Shown here: one piece after another, positions 1 to 10,303 of the stretch
Layout of the letters: every line of letters begins with the position of its first letter
Position numbering within the stretch: the first letter of the stretch is position 1
Source: Deltaproteobacteria bacterium
Lineage (GTDB): Bacteria; Myxococcota_A; Polyangia; Polyangiales; Houyiibacteriaceae
Direction: 5' to 3'
Assembly: GCA_034670305.1 (NCBI GenBank)
Contig: JAXMNT010000018.1
Coordinates: 64,001 to 128,000, forward strand
Length of the DNA: 64,000 nt
Position numbers and translations under genes: made by a program
Notes under the pieces: generated by a model
The model's database searches: none
What the model was told of the DNA's origin: nothing
The model's input: only the letters and a program-made list of their open reading frames with translations

Positions 1-1263
1 CTCGAGCAACCAGCTCACGTACCGGCGTTCGAAGAGCTCCTCGAACGCGGTCTTGGTCTGGCGGTAGCTCAGGCCGGGATCGAACGCGGGCACGATGTCC
101 GAGCCACCGAGCGGGATGCCGACCGGCACATGCCCAAGGCGGATCTCGCTCTCGCCCACTGCGCGCGCGAGGTAGACCCCGCGGGCCAGCGCGTTGCGGA
201 GCTCGCGCACGTTGCCGGGCCAGTCGTGTTCGGAGAGCGCGTCGAGCGCCGACTTGGCGATCGTCAGCGGCGGCAGCTTGGGTTCGTCTTTGCTCAAGTC
301 GGCGAGCAGCCGCTCGACCAGGACCGGGAGGTCCTCGAGCCGTTCCCGGAGCGAAGGCAGCTCGATCGGCACGACCGCCAGCCGGAAGTAGAGGTCCTCC
401 CGGAACTTCTTCCGCTCGACCTCCATGCGCAGGTTGCGTTTGGTCGCGGCGATGACCCGGATGTCGACCCGATGTTCGGTGTTGCCGCCCACCCGGCGGA
501 AGGCACGCTGCTCGAGCACCCGGAGCAACTTGGGCTGCAGGTCGAGCGGCAGCTCGCCGATCTCGTCCAGAAAGAGGGTGCCGCCGTCGGCCAACTCGAA
601 CGCGCCTTGGCGTGCGGCGGTGGCGCCCGTGAACGAACCCTTCTCGTGACCGAAGAGTTCACTCTCGATGAGCGTGCCCACGACTGCGCCACAGTCCACC
701 ACGATGAACGGCCGCGCGCGCCGGCCGCTCTCCGAGTGAATCGAACGCGCGAGCACATCCTTGCCGGTGCCCGTCTCGCCGCCGATCAACACGGTGGCGT
801 CGCTCGGGGCAATCTTCTCGAGCAGTCCGAAAATCTGCCGCATGCGCAGACTGCGCCCGACCACTTCGCCGAAGTTGCGGCGTTCGCTCGGCAGCACTTC
901 GATGCGCTCGGCGAACGTGCGCACCTTCAGTTCGACCTTGCCGACGGTGAGGATGGCGCCCGGGCGAAGGAACGCCTCCCGGATCTCGGCTCCATCGAGC
1001 AGGGTGCCGTTGGTGCTGCCCAGGTCCCGCACGACGTGGCCGCGGGTCTCCCGAACGATCTCGCAGTGGTTCCGGGAAACGGTGCCGTCCCGCAGGACCA
1101 GGTGGTTGTCGCGGCTCTTGCCGATGCGACAGACCTCGCCCTGGACGGTGTGCTCGTCTCCGCGCCGGTCGCCGGAGAGCACGACCAGGGCAAGGCGCGG
1201 GATCTCGACGATCCGGCCCTTGCCTCCCAGTTCGGTCCCCAGACCTGTTTGCGGTTCGCTCAC
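1..1263 (-). CDS. FHA-domain sigma54-dependent transcriptional activator (3' end runs off the window)
   Basis: Manual translation from GTG 1263: FHA motif ([21 protein letters not shown]), AAA+ GETGTGKD and [18 protein letters not shown]. Absent from the ORF track because it is open at the edge. Confidence 0.9.
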   Translation of the reverse strand, partial: MSEPQTGLGTELGGKGRIVEIPRLALVVLSGDRRGDEHTVQGEVCRIGKSRDNHLVLRDGTVSRNHCEIVRETRGHVVRDLGSTNGTLLDGAEIREAFLRPGAILTVGKVELKVRTFAERIEVLPSERRNFGEVVGRSLRMRQIFGLLEKIAPSDATVLIGGETGTGKDVLARSIHSESGRRARPFIVVDCGAVVGTLIESELFGHEKGSFTGATAARQGAFELADGGTLFLDEIGELPLDLQPKLLRVLEQRAFRRVGGNTEHRVDIRVIAATKRNLRMEVERKKFREDLYFRLAVVPIELPSLRERLEDLPVLVERLLADLSKDEPKLPPLTIAKSALDALSEHDWPGNVRELRNALARGVYLARAVGESEIRLGHVPVGIPLGGSDIVPAFDPGLSYRQTKTAFEELFERRYVSWLLE

Positions 1264-1324
1264 CCCCGACCTCCGTCTCGACCCCGACGCCGCCCTCGAC
1301 CCATCCGCCCTCGACCCATCCGAC

Positions 1325-1708
1325 TCATCCGCCCTCGAGAACCTGCGATCCGCGCAGGTCCACCCACACGGTACCCTCCACCGGGACGTCGAGGGTGCGG
1401 GTTTCCACGCGGGTCGACCCGTCCTCTTGCCGGAGGGTCGCTTCGATGACGTAGCGCCCCGGGGAGAGCGAAACGCTGTGGTCGAACTCCGCTGCTGGGC
1501 CGGAAACCGTGACGCCGCTCACGTGTTCACCGGCGTGGGCATAGTCGATTCGGGCTTCGGTGACGGCCTGATCGAGGCGGTAGCGAAGCTCGATGTCCCT
1601 AGGAAAGGCCTCAAAGAGCTGCAAAGCGAGGACCATCACCCCTGCCACCGCCACGAACTTGGCGAGGCGCCTTCGGTTCTCCACGAACCAACCTTTGAGG
1701 CCGCTCAC
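1325..1708 (-). CDS. hypothetical membrane-anchored protein
   Basis: 127 aa with N-terminal TM segment; TAGGTT 6 nt before the GTG. Confidence 0.65.
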   Translation of the reverse strand: MSGLKGWFVENRRRLAKFVAVAGVMVLALQLFEAFPRDIELRYRLDQAVTEARIDYAHAGEHVSGVTVSGPAAEFDHSVSLSPGRYVIEATLRQEDGSTRVETRTLDVPVEGTVWVDLRGSQVLEGG

Positions 1709-2008
1709 GACTCCAACCTATCGGGATGCGAGCGAGGACACAAAGTGAACGTGTGCACTTCTCCACGGATGCGGGTCGATGGGCACGGGCGCCTTCGATC
1801 GGCCCCCGTGACGCCACGTTCTTGCTGCCCGGACACCGCGGGTGTAGCGTTTTGAGTTCCCCACGCTTGGTGATGTCTTTGTCTCGTCGCGTTTGGTTCC
1901 GGTCCGCGACTCTTCCCCCACCGAAGAGATGCGAAGATCCACCCGCGGCCCGACCCACCGAGCGGGCTGCCCCGACCACACGCGCGGCAACGCGGGCTCG
2001 GAAGGGAG

Positions 2009-4165
2009 ATGCCTGAGACCGTGTCGGTCCTCGCAGCGCTCGTCGAGAAGGTCCGGGGGTACCACCCTCAGTCGGACGTCGATCTGATCGATCGCGCGTA
2101 CCGCTTCTCCGAGAAGATGCACGACGGGCAGATGCGGAAGTCGGGCGACCCCTACTTCATTCACCCGGCGTCGGTCGCCGGCATCATCGCCGACATGAAG
2201 CTCGACACCGCGAGCGTGTGTGCGGCGCTCCTGCACGACGTGGTGGAAGACACCGACGTCACGGAGAAGGACATCGAGCAGCAGTTCGGATCCGAGGTGG
2301 CGTTCCTCGTCGATGGGGTGACGAAACTCGGCAAGGTGAACTTCGCCTCGAAGGAGGACCGCCAAGCCGAGAGCTTCCGGAAGATGCTCGTCGCGATGGC
2401 GCGGGACATCCGCGTGCTCTTGGTCAAACTCGCCGACCGTCTCGACAACATGCGCACCCTCGAGCACATGAAGATCGACTCCCGCGAACGCATCGCGCGC
2501 GAGACGATGGAGATCTACGCACCGCTCGCTGGCCGTTTGGGCATCCAGTGGCTCAAAGCGGAGCTCGAAGATCTCAGCTTCCGCCACATCCATCCGGAAG
2601 CGGCCGCCGAACTCACCGAGAAGGTCGATCGCGCAGCGCGCGACACGGACCGCTACGTCAAGGACGTCTGCAAGAAGCTCAAGACGATGCTCATCTCCCG
2701 AGGCTTCGCGCTCGAAGTGAGTGGGCGCGTCAAAGACCTCTACTCGATCCACCGCAAGATGAAGCGGCAGGGCATCGAGTTCGAACAGGTCCACGACTAC
2801 GTGGCCTTCCGCGTGCACATGGAGACGGTCGCCGACTGCTACGCGGCGCTCGGCGTGATCCACAGCGAGTGGACCCCGGTGCCGGGCCGGTTCAAGGACT
2901 TCATCGCGCTCCCGAAGCCCAACATGTACCAGTCGCTGCACACGACGGTGATCGGGCCGGGCAGCCGCCGCATCGAGGTGCAGATCCGCACCCACGAGAT
3001 GCACTCCACCGCGGAGTACGGCATCGCGGCGCACTGGCAGTACAAAGAGAAGACCGGCGGACTCGACGCCCGGGACGCCGCGCGTTTCGCGTGGCTCCGG
3101 CAGCTCATGGAGTTCCAGAAGGAAGTCACCGACCCGGCCGAGTTCCTCGAGTCCGTGAAGGTCGACCTCTTCATGGACGAGGTCTACGTGTTCACGCCCA
3201 AGGGGGAGGTGAAGACCTTCCCGCGCGGCGCGACACCGATCGACTTCGCCTTCGAGATCCACAGCGAGGTCGGCCACCACTGCTCAGGCGCGCGCGTCAA
3301 CGGCGTGATGGTCCCGCTCCGCCACCAGCTCCGAAACGGCGACGTCGTCGAGATCCTGACGAACCGGAACCAAGAACCGAACAAGGACTGGCTCGAGTTC
3401 GTCAAGACCGGTCGGGCCCGCTCCCGGATCCGTCAGCACGTGCGCGGCAAAGAGCGCAAACGCAGCGCCAAACTCGGCCGGGACCTGCTCGAGCGCGCGA
3501 TGCACAAACGCGGCCTCTCGCTGACCCGCTTGCTCAAGGGCAAGGACATGCAGAGCATCGTGCAGCACTTCGGGCTGAACCAAGACGAAGAGCTCTTCGC
3601 CCAGATCGGCTACGGCAAGATCTCCGCCGATCGGGTCGCCGAGATCGCCGAGCCGGACGATGGCAAGAAGCGCAAGAGCCTCGAGCCGAGTCTGCTCGAG
3701 CGCACGGTGCGCGCGGTCACGCGCAAGAACGACGACACCATCCGCATCGACGGGATGGACGACATCCTCGTTCGGTTCGCGAAGTGCTGCAACCCGGTGT
3801 CCGGCGACCCCGTCGTCGGCTGGATCACCCGAGGCCGGGGCGTGACCATTCACCGCCGAAGCTGTCCGCGATCGCTGGAGCTCGACCCGCAGCGCAAGAT
3901 CGACGTGGAGTGGTCCGGCGACACCCGAATGGAGCTGCCCGTCTCCCTCAAAGTGGTGACGATGAACAACCCCGGCATCCTCACGAAGGTGAGCTCGGTG
4001 TTCACCGAGAACGGGGTCAACATCAGCGAAGCGATCTGTCGAAGCGACAAGGACGGCAAGGCGGTGAACCTCTTCCAGTTCACCGTCGACGACCTGCGCC
4101 GCTTGCGCGAGGTGATGCGCGGCATCGCCCGCATCCAGGGTGTGAAGGACGTCGAACGGGTATGA
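2009..4165 (+). CDS. relA: RelA/SpoT (p)ppGpp synthetase/hydrolase
   Basis: HD motif (LLHDVVEDT), synthetase YQSLHT and EVQIRT, TGS (VFTPKG), CCNP motif, ACT domain. Confidence 0.97.
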   Translation: MPETVSVLAALVEKVRGYHPQSDVDLIDRAYRFSEKMHDGQMRKSGDPYFIHPASVAGIIADMKLDTASVCAALLHDVVEDTDVTEKDIEQQFGSEVAFLVDGVTKLGKVNFASKEDRQAESFRKMLVAMARDIRVLLVKLADRLDNMRTLEHMKIDSRERIARETMEIYAPLAGRLGIQWLKAELEDLSFRHIHPEAAAELTEKVDRAARDTDRYVKDVCKKLKTMLISRGFALEVSGRVKDLYSIHRKMKRQGIEFEQVHDYVAFRVHMETVADCYAALGVIHSEWTPVPGRFKDFIALPKPNMYQSLHTTVIGPGSRRIEVQIRTHEMHSTAEYGIAAHWQYKEKTGGLDARDAARFAWLRQLMEFQKEVTDPAEFLESVKVDLFMDEVYVFTPKGEVKTFPRGATPIDFAFEIHSEVGHHCSGARVNGVMVPLRHQLRNGDVVEILTNRNQEPNKDWLEFVKTGRARSRIRQHVRGKERKRSAKLGRDLLERAMHKRGLSLTRLLKGKDMQSIVQHFGLNQDEELFAQIGYGKISADRVAEIAEPDDGKKRKSLEPSLLERTVRAVTRKNDDTIRIDGMDDILVRFAKCCNPVSGDPVVGWITRGRGVTIHRRSCPRSLELDPQRKIDVEWSGDTRMELPVSLKVVTMNNPGILTKVSSVFTENGVNISEAICRSDKDGKAVNLFQFTVDDLRRLREVMRGIARIQGVKDVERV

Positions 4166-4234
4166 GGTGCGGGGCGGCCGAGCCTCTCGCCACGTTGCGG
4201 GTTTCGCGCGTCTTGAACCTGGTAGGCTGAGGTC

Positions 4235-5308
4235 GTGGGTGAGCCGTTCGATCCGTCCATCGAGATCGACGAAGGATCGGACGAGGAGATCTCGTTCTCC
4301 GACTCGACAGCGGTGGTCGAACCCTTCAGCGCGGGGTCCTTCTTCGGCGATCGGTTTCGGATCGACTCGCCGCTGGGCACCGGTGGCATGGGCGCCGTCT
4401 TCAAAGCGACGGATCTGAAGGCCCAGCGTCAGGTCGCACTCAAGGTCCTGCTCAAGGCGAGGCGCGACGGGGAGAGCCGTCAGCGTTTCGCCCGCGAAGC
4501 GGAGATCCTGAGCAAGCTCAGCCATCCGGGCATCGTGGGCATCCACGGGTTCGGCCATGCCCAGGGCGGCGTGCCCTGGCTCGCGATGGAGCTGGTGGAA
4601 GGCGAGAGTCTCGGAGACCGCGTGCGTCGCAAAGGGCCGCTGCCCGCCGACGAGGTCGCGCCGATCCTGCGCGCGGTGTGCGATGCGCTCCAGACCGCGC
4701 ACGCCGCTGGAGTGATCCACCGGGACCTCAAACCCGACAACATCATCCTGCGCAAGAACGCGAGCCCAGCCCAGTCCGTGAAACTCATCGACTTCGGTCT
4801 CTCCCGCGTGGACGACGCCAAACGGCTGACCGCCACCGGCACGATGATCGGCACGCCCCGCTACATGTCGCCGGAGCAGATCTCCTCGATCAAGAACTCT
4901 GGCCCCCGGTCGGACATCTACGCGCTCGGGGTGATGGTGTTCGAATCACTGACCGGCGAATCGCCGTTCCAAGCAAGCGACCATGGCCAGCTGCTCGGGG
5001 CGATCCTTCAGGGCCGGATCCAGAAGCTCGGCGAGATGCGTCCGGACCTCCCACCGGACACCGAAGCGGTGGTCGCGCGCGCCATGGACAAGGATCCCGA
5101 CGTGCGCTTCCAGACGCCCCTCGAGTTCGCCCAAGCCTTCTCCGACGTCACCGGCGCCCGCACCTCACATCTGAAGTTCACCGTGGACGAGAAGATCATC
5201 CTGCCGGCCACCAAGACGTACGGCTGGAAGTTCTACGGCGCGCTCGTCGGACTCGGTGTGCTCGCGGCGGTCGGCACCGGCCTCATCACGTACCTGCTGT
5301 TGCGCTGA
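4235..5308 (+). CDS. Ser/Thr protein kinase with C-terminal TM
   Basis: GTGGMGAV, ALKVL, HRDLKPDN, DFG, GTPRYMSPE. Confidence 0.95.
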   Translation: MGEPFDPSIEIDEGSDEEISFSDSTAVVEPFSAGSFFGDRFRIDSPLGTGGMGAVFKATDLKAQRQVALKVLLKARRDGESRQRFAREAEILSKLSHPGIVGIHGFGHAQGGVPWLAMELVEGESLGDRVRRKGPLPADEVAPILRAVCDALQTAHAAGVIHRDLKPDNIILRKNASPAQSVKLIDFGLSRVDDAKRLTATGTMIGTPRYMSPEQISSIKNSGPRSDIYALGVMVFESLTGESPFQASDHGQLLGAILQGRIQKLGEMRPDLPPDTEAVVARAMDKDPDVRFQTPLEFAQAFSDVTGARTSHLKFTVDEKIILPATKTYGWKFYGALVGLGVLAAVGTGLITYLLLR

Positions 5309-5331
5309 CCTGAATCGTCTGCTTCGGGCGT

Positions 5332-6861
5332 TCAGCCGGCTCGGCGACGACGCCACGCGAAGAGTCCGAGCGCCCCGAGGACCAAGAGGCCGTGGCGCGG
5401 CGAGGTCCCAGTGCTCATCGACACAGTGCCCGGCGCGCGGCATCCGCACCCGTCGTCGCTGGGTGCCACGGTGCCGGCGTCGGAACCCGTTCCTCCGCCA
5501 TCGGCCCGCGAGCCACTGTCGCTGCCCGGGCCACCGTCTACGCCGGGGCCAGCGTCCACACCCGGACCAGCGTCCACTCCGCCCGGGCCCGCGTCTTCGC
5601 CCGGCATGGGCACCGAACCGCCGGGATGGACCACGCTCGTATCGCAGGGCGCATCGGTGTCGTACTCGACCGCTCCCAGATCCGGCGCACCGTCTTCGCG
5701 CACCCGGCCGCAGTAGTCGTCGGTCACGTCGCCGCTGGCGACGCCCATGTCGACGAAGGTCGAGCCGTCGGCGCGCGTGAAGTCGAGGTTGTCCGGATCG
5801 ACGAACCAGGTGTTCCACGCGGTGACCATCTCGAGGTTGTTCGACGCCGTCGCCGTGCCCCCGTCGCGTTCACGGATCCGTCCGCTGAGGATGTTCCCGT
5901 CGACGACCACCGTGGAGACGCCGAAGCGCACGTCGATGCCCGTGGTGTCGTAGACCGTGTTGTGCAGCAACGCGCAGTCGACGCATTCGTTCACGTAGAT
6001 GCCGACGTCGCTCGGGCAGTGCGCGATGAGGTTGTTCCGCATGATGCCGCCCTGGTGTTCGATGCTGCAGTCCGCGTCTTCGCAGATCCGGTCCGGGTTC
6101 GAGCCGCCGCCCCCGAACGAGAGACCAAGCCGCACCTGCCCGGTGTGCAGTCGTTCGCAGACGATGAGGTTGCGTTCGATGATCCCGTCGCGGCTGTTGC
6201 CCTTCAGGAACGCCGCGTAGCTGACGTTGTTGCCCATGCCTTTGGCGAAGTCGTGGATGTAGTTGGCGCGGATGATCCAGCGGCGCCCACCGACCACGTC
6301 GATGGGTGTGACCGGCCGGTCGGTCATGCGAACCGTCTCGCTGTAGAACTCGTTTCCTTCGATGAGGACGTCGTCGGGGAACCGCGGGTCGCCGGCGTCG
6401 CCGTTGCCGTTGCCTTTGATCTGCGCGTTGAAGTTCCGCGCGACGTTGTTGCGGATGATGGTGAAGTCGGCGTCGACGACGACGTGCCAGGCGTGCTCGC
6501 AGTCGTGCTGGGAACCGCAGTCTCCGACGAGGACCAGATCCTCGAACGTCCAGTACGGATGCGCGACCACGAAGCCTTCGACGATGCCGGTCGCGTCGCG
6601 GAACAAGACGTTCGCCCGTCCCGGGTTCTCGGCGCGGACGGTGATGCGCGCGCCCTCGGTGCCGGCCGCCGATGTGTTGAGCCGGTGCCGCATCCCGTAG
6701 TCGCCGTTGGCCAGCACGATGTCGTCGCCCGGCATCGCATCGGCCATTGCAGCGGTGAGCCCGTCCGCATCCGAGACGTTCACGGTGCGCTGCGCCGTGG
6801 CAAGCGTGGGGAGCAAGACCGCCAAGGCGGCGGTGACGAGGAGGGTGCGCAGGGTCGACAT
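5332..6861 (-). CDS. secreted parallel beta-helix (chondroitinase-B/pectin-lyase-like) protein with MYXO-CTERM tail
   Basis: Signal peptide, AMPGDDIVLANGDY, beta-helix repeats, PDLGAVEY, DAG linker, GCGC...TM...RRRR. Confidence 0.8.
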   Translation of the reverse strand: MSTLRTLLVTAALAVLLPTLATAQRTVNVSDADGLTAAMADAMPGDDIVLANGDYGMRHRLNTSAAGTEGARITVRAENPGRANVLFRDATGIVEGFVVAHPYWTFEDLVLVGDCGSQHDCEHAWHVVVDADFTIIRNNVARNFNAQIKGNGNGDAGDPRFPDDVLIEGNEFYSETVRMTDRPVTPIDVVGGRRWIIRANYIHDFAKGMGNNVSYAAFLKGNSRDGIIERNLIVCERLHTGQVRLGLSFGGGGSNPDRICEDADCSIEHQGGIMRNNLIAHCPSDVGIYVNECVDCALLHNTVYDTTGIDVRFGVSTVVVDGNILSGRIRERDGGTATASNNLEMVTAWNTWFVDPDNLDFTRADGSTFVDMGVASGDVTDDYCGRVREDGAPDLGAVEYDTDAPCDTSVVHPGGSVPMPGEDAGPGGVDAGPGVDAGPGVDGGPGSDSGSRADGGGTGSDAGTVAPSDDGCGCRAPGTVSMSTGTSPRHGLLVLGALGLFAWRRRRAG

Positions 6862-6900
6862 GGCCCGACGCTATCAAGAACCGCTCGGCCGCGGAACGGG

Positions 6901-7599
6901 CTACGCGCGTCCGTAGACCGGTACGACTTCACCCCAGGTGAGGGTGTTCTCGGCCGACGCCAGAAAACGAATCGTCGCCGCGACCTCGTCGACCTTGGGC
7001 CACTTGGCGTACTCGGCACCCGGCATCGACTCACGGTTCGCGGGGGTGTCCATGAGGGAGGGCGCGATGGCATTGACCAGGATGTTCTTCGGCGCGAGCT
7101 CCACGCCGAGGCAGCGGGTGAGGGTTGCGACGGCGCCTTTGGTCATCGCGTAGGTCGCGACCTCCGCCGTGGCTTCGAGCACCGGGCGCGCGGCGACGTT
7201 GACGATGCGTCCGCCCGTCTCTTCGCCCGACATCTTTCGTACGGCGGCTCGGCAACAGAGCCAGGTCGACCGGATGTTCATCGAGACCATCTTCTCGAAG
7301 TCCGAGAACGCCGCGTCTTCGAACGCTCCGAACGTGAAGCCGCCCACCAGGTGAATCGATGCCCAGAGCGAGGGGACCGAATCGTAGAACGACTTCACGG
7401 AGCCTTCGTCGGCGAGGTTCACCTCGGTGGCGACATGGAGGTTGTCGCAGTGGAGCGGTTCGAGCTGTGCTGGATCGCTGGTGCCGTACGCGGGCACGTG
7501 CACCCGGGCCCCTTCGTCGAGCAGCCTGCGGGTCACCGCGACCCCGAGCGCTCCGCCACCGCCTGTCACCACCACCGTTCGTCCGTCGAAGTGTCCCAT
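6901..7599 (-). CDS. SDR family oxidoreductase
   Basis: TGGGGALG, YAMTK, NAIAP. Confidence 0.93.
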   Translation of the reverse strand: MGHFDGRTVVVTGGGGALGVAVTRRLLDEGARVHVPAYGTSDPAQLEPLHCDNLHVATEVNLADEGSVKSFYDSVPSLWASIHLVGGFTFGAFEDAAFSDFEKMVSMNIRSTWLCCRAAVRKMSGEETGGRIVNVAARPVLEATAEVATYAMTKGAVATLTRCLGVELAPKNILVNAIAPSLMDTPANRESMPGAEYAKWPKVDEVAATIRFLASAENTLTWGEVVPVYGRA

Positions 7600-7735
7600 G
7601 CGCGCATCCTGTCACAGCAGGGCCGGAAACAGAGAAGGTCGTCTCCCGCTTCTTCGGGCCGGACGCTTGCGGCTTCCGGGCCCGAGAAAACGGCTCGGGA
7701 CTTGCGCGTCGCTTCGCTCGGTGGTCCCGAGAGAC

Positions 7736-8347
7736 TCAACCGCCGTAGCGGGGTGCGGCGCCTCGGCTGGGGTCGGCCGGCCGGGTGCGCAGCTCATGCG
7801 AGGCGGTGAGTTCCGCGACCATGTCTTCGACCCGGATGAGCCCCACGGGGCTCCCGCCGGCGTCGACCACCGGCACCTGCCGGAAGCCGCGTACGACGAC
7901 CCAGCGCAGCACGTCGGCCAGCGTGTCGCCGAGGTGCACGACTTCCGCGGCGCTCATGATGGATTCGAGCTGGGTGTCCCAGGGGAGCCCGCGCACGATG
8001 GCCTGGGCGATGTCTTCGAGCGTCACGATGCCCTGCAAGAGCCCGTCGTCGTCGACGACCAGCAGCACCCGCAGGCGGCCGTGGTTGTCCGTGCCATGCG
8101 CGGATGTTGGGTCGGCCTCTCCGACCGCGCCCATCGTCGTCGTGGGGAACGCGGCGGCGATGGCGTCGCCCAGCGTCGCGTCCATCGGCTCGATCTGAGC
8201 CGCGACGGTCGGGAGCTTGTCCACCCTGCGGGCGAGCACCTCACTCAAGTCCTTGTCGGAGGCCTCCACGCGTTCCGCTTGGATGCGCAACTCGTCGGCG
8301 ATGGCGTCGTCGAATGGAGAGAGGGAGAGCTTTTCGTAGTCGATCAT
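7736..8347 (-). CDS. CBS-domain protein
   Basis: Two CBS motifs (LVVDDDGLLQGIVTLEDI; VPVVDAGGSPVGLIRVEDM). Confidence 0.85.
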   Translation of the reverse strand: MIDYEKLSLSPFDDAIADELRIQAERVEASDKDLSEVLARRVDKLPTVAAQIEPMDATLGDAIAAAFPTTTMGAVGEADPTSAHGTDNHGRLRVLLVVDDDGLLQGIVTLEDIAQAIVRGLPWDTQLESIMSAAEVVHLGDTLADVLRWVVVRGFRQVPVVDAGGSPVGLIRVEDMVAELTASHELRTRPADPSRGAAPRYGG

Positions 8348-8359
8348 GCCCCTTCACGG

Positions 8360-8375
8360 TGCAATCGGCGCGCCA
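8360..8375 (-). promoter_or_regulatory. sigma54 -24/-12 promoter (CBS gene)
   Basis: TGGCGCGCCGATTGCA, GG-N10-GC; -12 C is 14 nt from the ATG. Confidence 0.75.
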
Positions 8376-8462
8376 GCTGGATCCCCCGGGTTTCCGAGCC
8401 GCGCCGCGTAGCGATTCGCTACATCCGAGACGGGATGGTCGTTTGTTGTTTGATCGTGCGGC

Positions 8463-9827
8463 TCAGCCGTCGTCCTGGGCACCCCAGCGATCGAGCTTTC
8501 GGTAGAGCGTCCGTCGGTCGACGCCCAGCACCTTGGCCGCCTGGGTCTTGTTGCCTGCGACCGCGCGCAGCACTCGGCGCACGTAGCGCTTCTCGAGCGT
8601 CTCGAGGGTGGGCATCTCCGAGGGGTCTTGGGTGTCGATGACCACCCGCGAACTCTCGAAGGACCGCACCTTCTCTGGCAGGTCGTCGATCGTCAGCTGG
8701 TCGAACCGGGCGAGCGTGACCGCGCGTTCGATGCAGTTCTGAAGCTCGCGCACATTGCCCGGCCAGTCGTACGCGAGGATGCGCTCGGCTGCGGGTTCCG
8801 AGAGTCCTTGGACCGCCCGGCCCGCGGACTCGGCGAACTGGGTGACGAAGTGCTGCGCGAGCCGCAGCACGTCGTGGCCGCGCGCGCGGAGCGGCGGGAG
8901 GTGGATGTTCACGACGTTGACTCGGTAGTAGAGATCTTCGCGGAACTGGCCCTTGGCGATCTCGGCTTCGAGATCTCGGTTGGTCGCGGTGACGATGCGT
9001 GTGTCGAATGGCTTCTCCTCCGAACCGCCGACCGGTCGAACCGTCCGCTCTTGGAGCGCACGCAAGAGCTTCGGCTGAAGCTCGATGTCGAGCTCGCCGA
9101 TCTCGTCCAGAAAGAGTGTGCCGCCGTTGGCATCCAAGAAGAGCCCCTGGCGCGCGCCCTTCGCGTCCGTGAACGCACCCTTCACGTGTCCGAAGAGTTC
9201 GCTCTCGAGCAGGTTCGCCGGCATGGCCGCGCAGTTGATCGCGACGAAGCGCCCGGTGCGCCCGCTGCGTTTGTGCAGCGCGCGCGCGGCGAGCTCCTTG
9301 CCGGTGCCGCTCTCACCACTGACGAGCACGGTGGTGTTGCTGTCACCGATGCGGTCGATCAGGTCGAACACCTCGCGCATCGGCTGGCTGCGACCGAGCA
9401 TGTCGAAGTCGAGGGCCGGGCCTTCCACCTCGCGGCGCAGTCGCCGCACTTCGGCGGTGAGCTCGCGATGGGAGGTGGCGCGTTTCACAGAGGCGCGGAG
9501 TGCGTCCGCGTTGAACGGTTTGCCGAGGTAGTCGTACGCGCCGGCGCGCAAGGCGCCGATCGCGGTGTCGATGGTCGAGTAGCCCGTCATCACCACGACC
9601 GGGATGTCCGGGCGTCCCGAGATGACGGACTCGCAGAGCTTCAGGCCGCTGCCTTCTCCGATGCGGAGGTCGGTGAGCACCAAGTCGAGATCGTCGATCG
9701 CTTTGGCGAGCCGGGTTCCATCCTCTTCGGTGGCTGCGGTGGTGACCGTGTAGCCCTCGCGTTCGAGGAGGTGCTGGGCCAGTTCGAGGATCTCTCGTTC
9801 GTCGTCGACGATCAGTACGTGGGTCAT
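8463..9827 (-). CDS. NtrC-family sigma54-dependent response regulator
   Basis: Receiver (VLIVDDE, LVLTDL), [22 protein letters not shown], Fis-type HTH; start reassigned to ATG 9827. Confidence 0.95.
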   Translation of the reverse strand: MTHVLIVDDEREILELAQHLLEREGYTVTTAATEEDGTRLAKAIDDLDLVLTDLRIGEGSGLKLCESVISGRPDIPVVVMTGYSTIDTAIGALRAGAYDYLGKPFNADALRASVKRATSHRELTAEVRRLRREVEGPALDFDMLGRSQPMREVFDLIDRIGDSNTTVLVSGESGTGKELAARALHKRSGRTGRFVAINCAAMPANLLESELFGHVKGAFTDAKGARQGLFLDANGGTLFLDEIGELDIELQPKLLRALQERTVRPVGGSEEKPFDTRIVTATNRDLEAEIAKGQFREDLYYRVNVVNIHLPPLRARGHDVLRLAQHFVTQFAESAGRAVQGLSEPAAERILAYDWPGNVRELQNCIERAVTLARFDQLTIDDLPEKVRSFESSRVVIDTQDPSEMPTLETLEKRYVRRVLRAVAGNKTQAAKVLGVDRRTLYRKLDRWGAQDDG

Positions 9828-9840
9828 GTGGGTCCGTCTT

Positions 9841-9856
9841 TGCGATGTTCGTGCCA
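9841..9856 (-). promoter_or_regulatory. sigma54 -24/-12 promoter (activator gene)
   Basis: TGGCACGAACATCGCA, 15 nt from ATG 9827. Confidence 0.75.
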
Positions 9857-9922
9857 CACATTTTCATGCGGTTTGTGCCTGAGAATGACACAACTGCGAC
9901 ACCGAGAGGCAAAACGCCACGC

Positions 9923-9995
9923 CACTGCGGTTCCCAAGGTCAGCACTGCGGTTCCGGAGGCCAGCACTGCGGTTCCTGGGGCCCGCACCGCGGGG
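9923..9995. repeat. 21-bp-period direct repeat with core CACTGCGGTTCC (3 copies plus 1 degenerate)
   Basis: Cores at 9923, 9944, 9965; degenerate copy at 9986. Confidence 0.85.
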
Positions 9996-9997
9996 CC

Positions 9998-10303
9998 CTA
10001 TCGCGGCCCGACGAACCGCCAGTCGAACCCACGGTCCACTGCGGATTGGGTAGGCCCTGGGTACACGATCCATCGGCGGGCCTCGAGCTGCGCCACGATC
10101 TGTTCGGCCTCGAGCAACGAACAACCGATGATCTCGCTGACCGAGTCGCGGATGGCGGTCCGGCCGGCCAGGTAGCCCGGTGGAGGAGCGGGACGGAGCG
10201 CGACCTCGCGGAGGAGCTCCGCGAGGTCGAGTCTGCCTTCGGCGAACGCGTCGCCACGGTCGTCCGTGTCGAACGGACCTTCGCTGGAGTCCACCACCTT
10301 CAC
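9998..10303 (-). CDS. hypothetical protein (101 aa), translationally coupled to Dps
   Basis: GTG overlaps the Dps TGA (GTGA); ...GYLAGRTAIRDSV...CSLLEAEQIVAQLEARRWI, winged-helix-like. Confidence 0.6.
   Translation of the reverse strand: MKVVDSSEGPFDTDDRGDAFAEGRLDLAELLREVALRPAPPPGYLAGRTAIRDSVSEIIGCSLLEAEQIVAQLEARRWIVYPGPTQSAVDRGFDWRFVGPR

Noticed and set aside
1290-1338. 15-bp repeat CCGCCCTCGACCCAT
   Set aside because: Two copies plus a partial one; looks like local slippage with no evident function
130-1449. 439-aa plus-strand ORF, and other long ORFs such as 5392-7809, 55510-58272 and 58873-62451
   Set aside because: Antisense or off-frame shadows of clear genes, expected in high-GC DNA
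9923-9995. Possible mini-CRISPR
   Set aside because: A 12-bp core with similar 9-bp linkers is far too short
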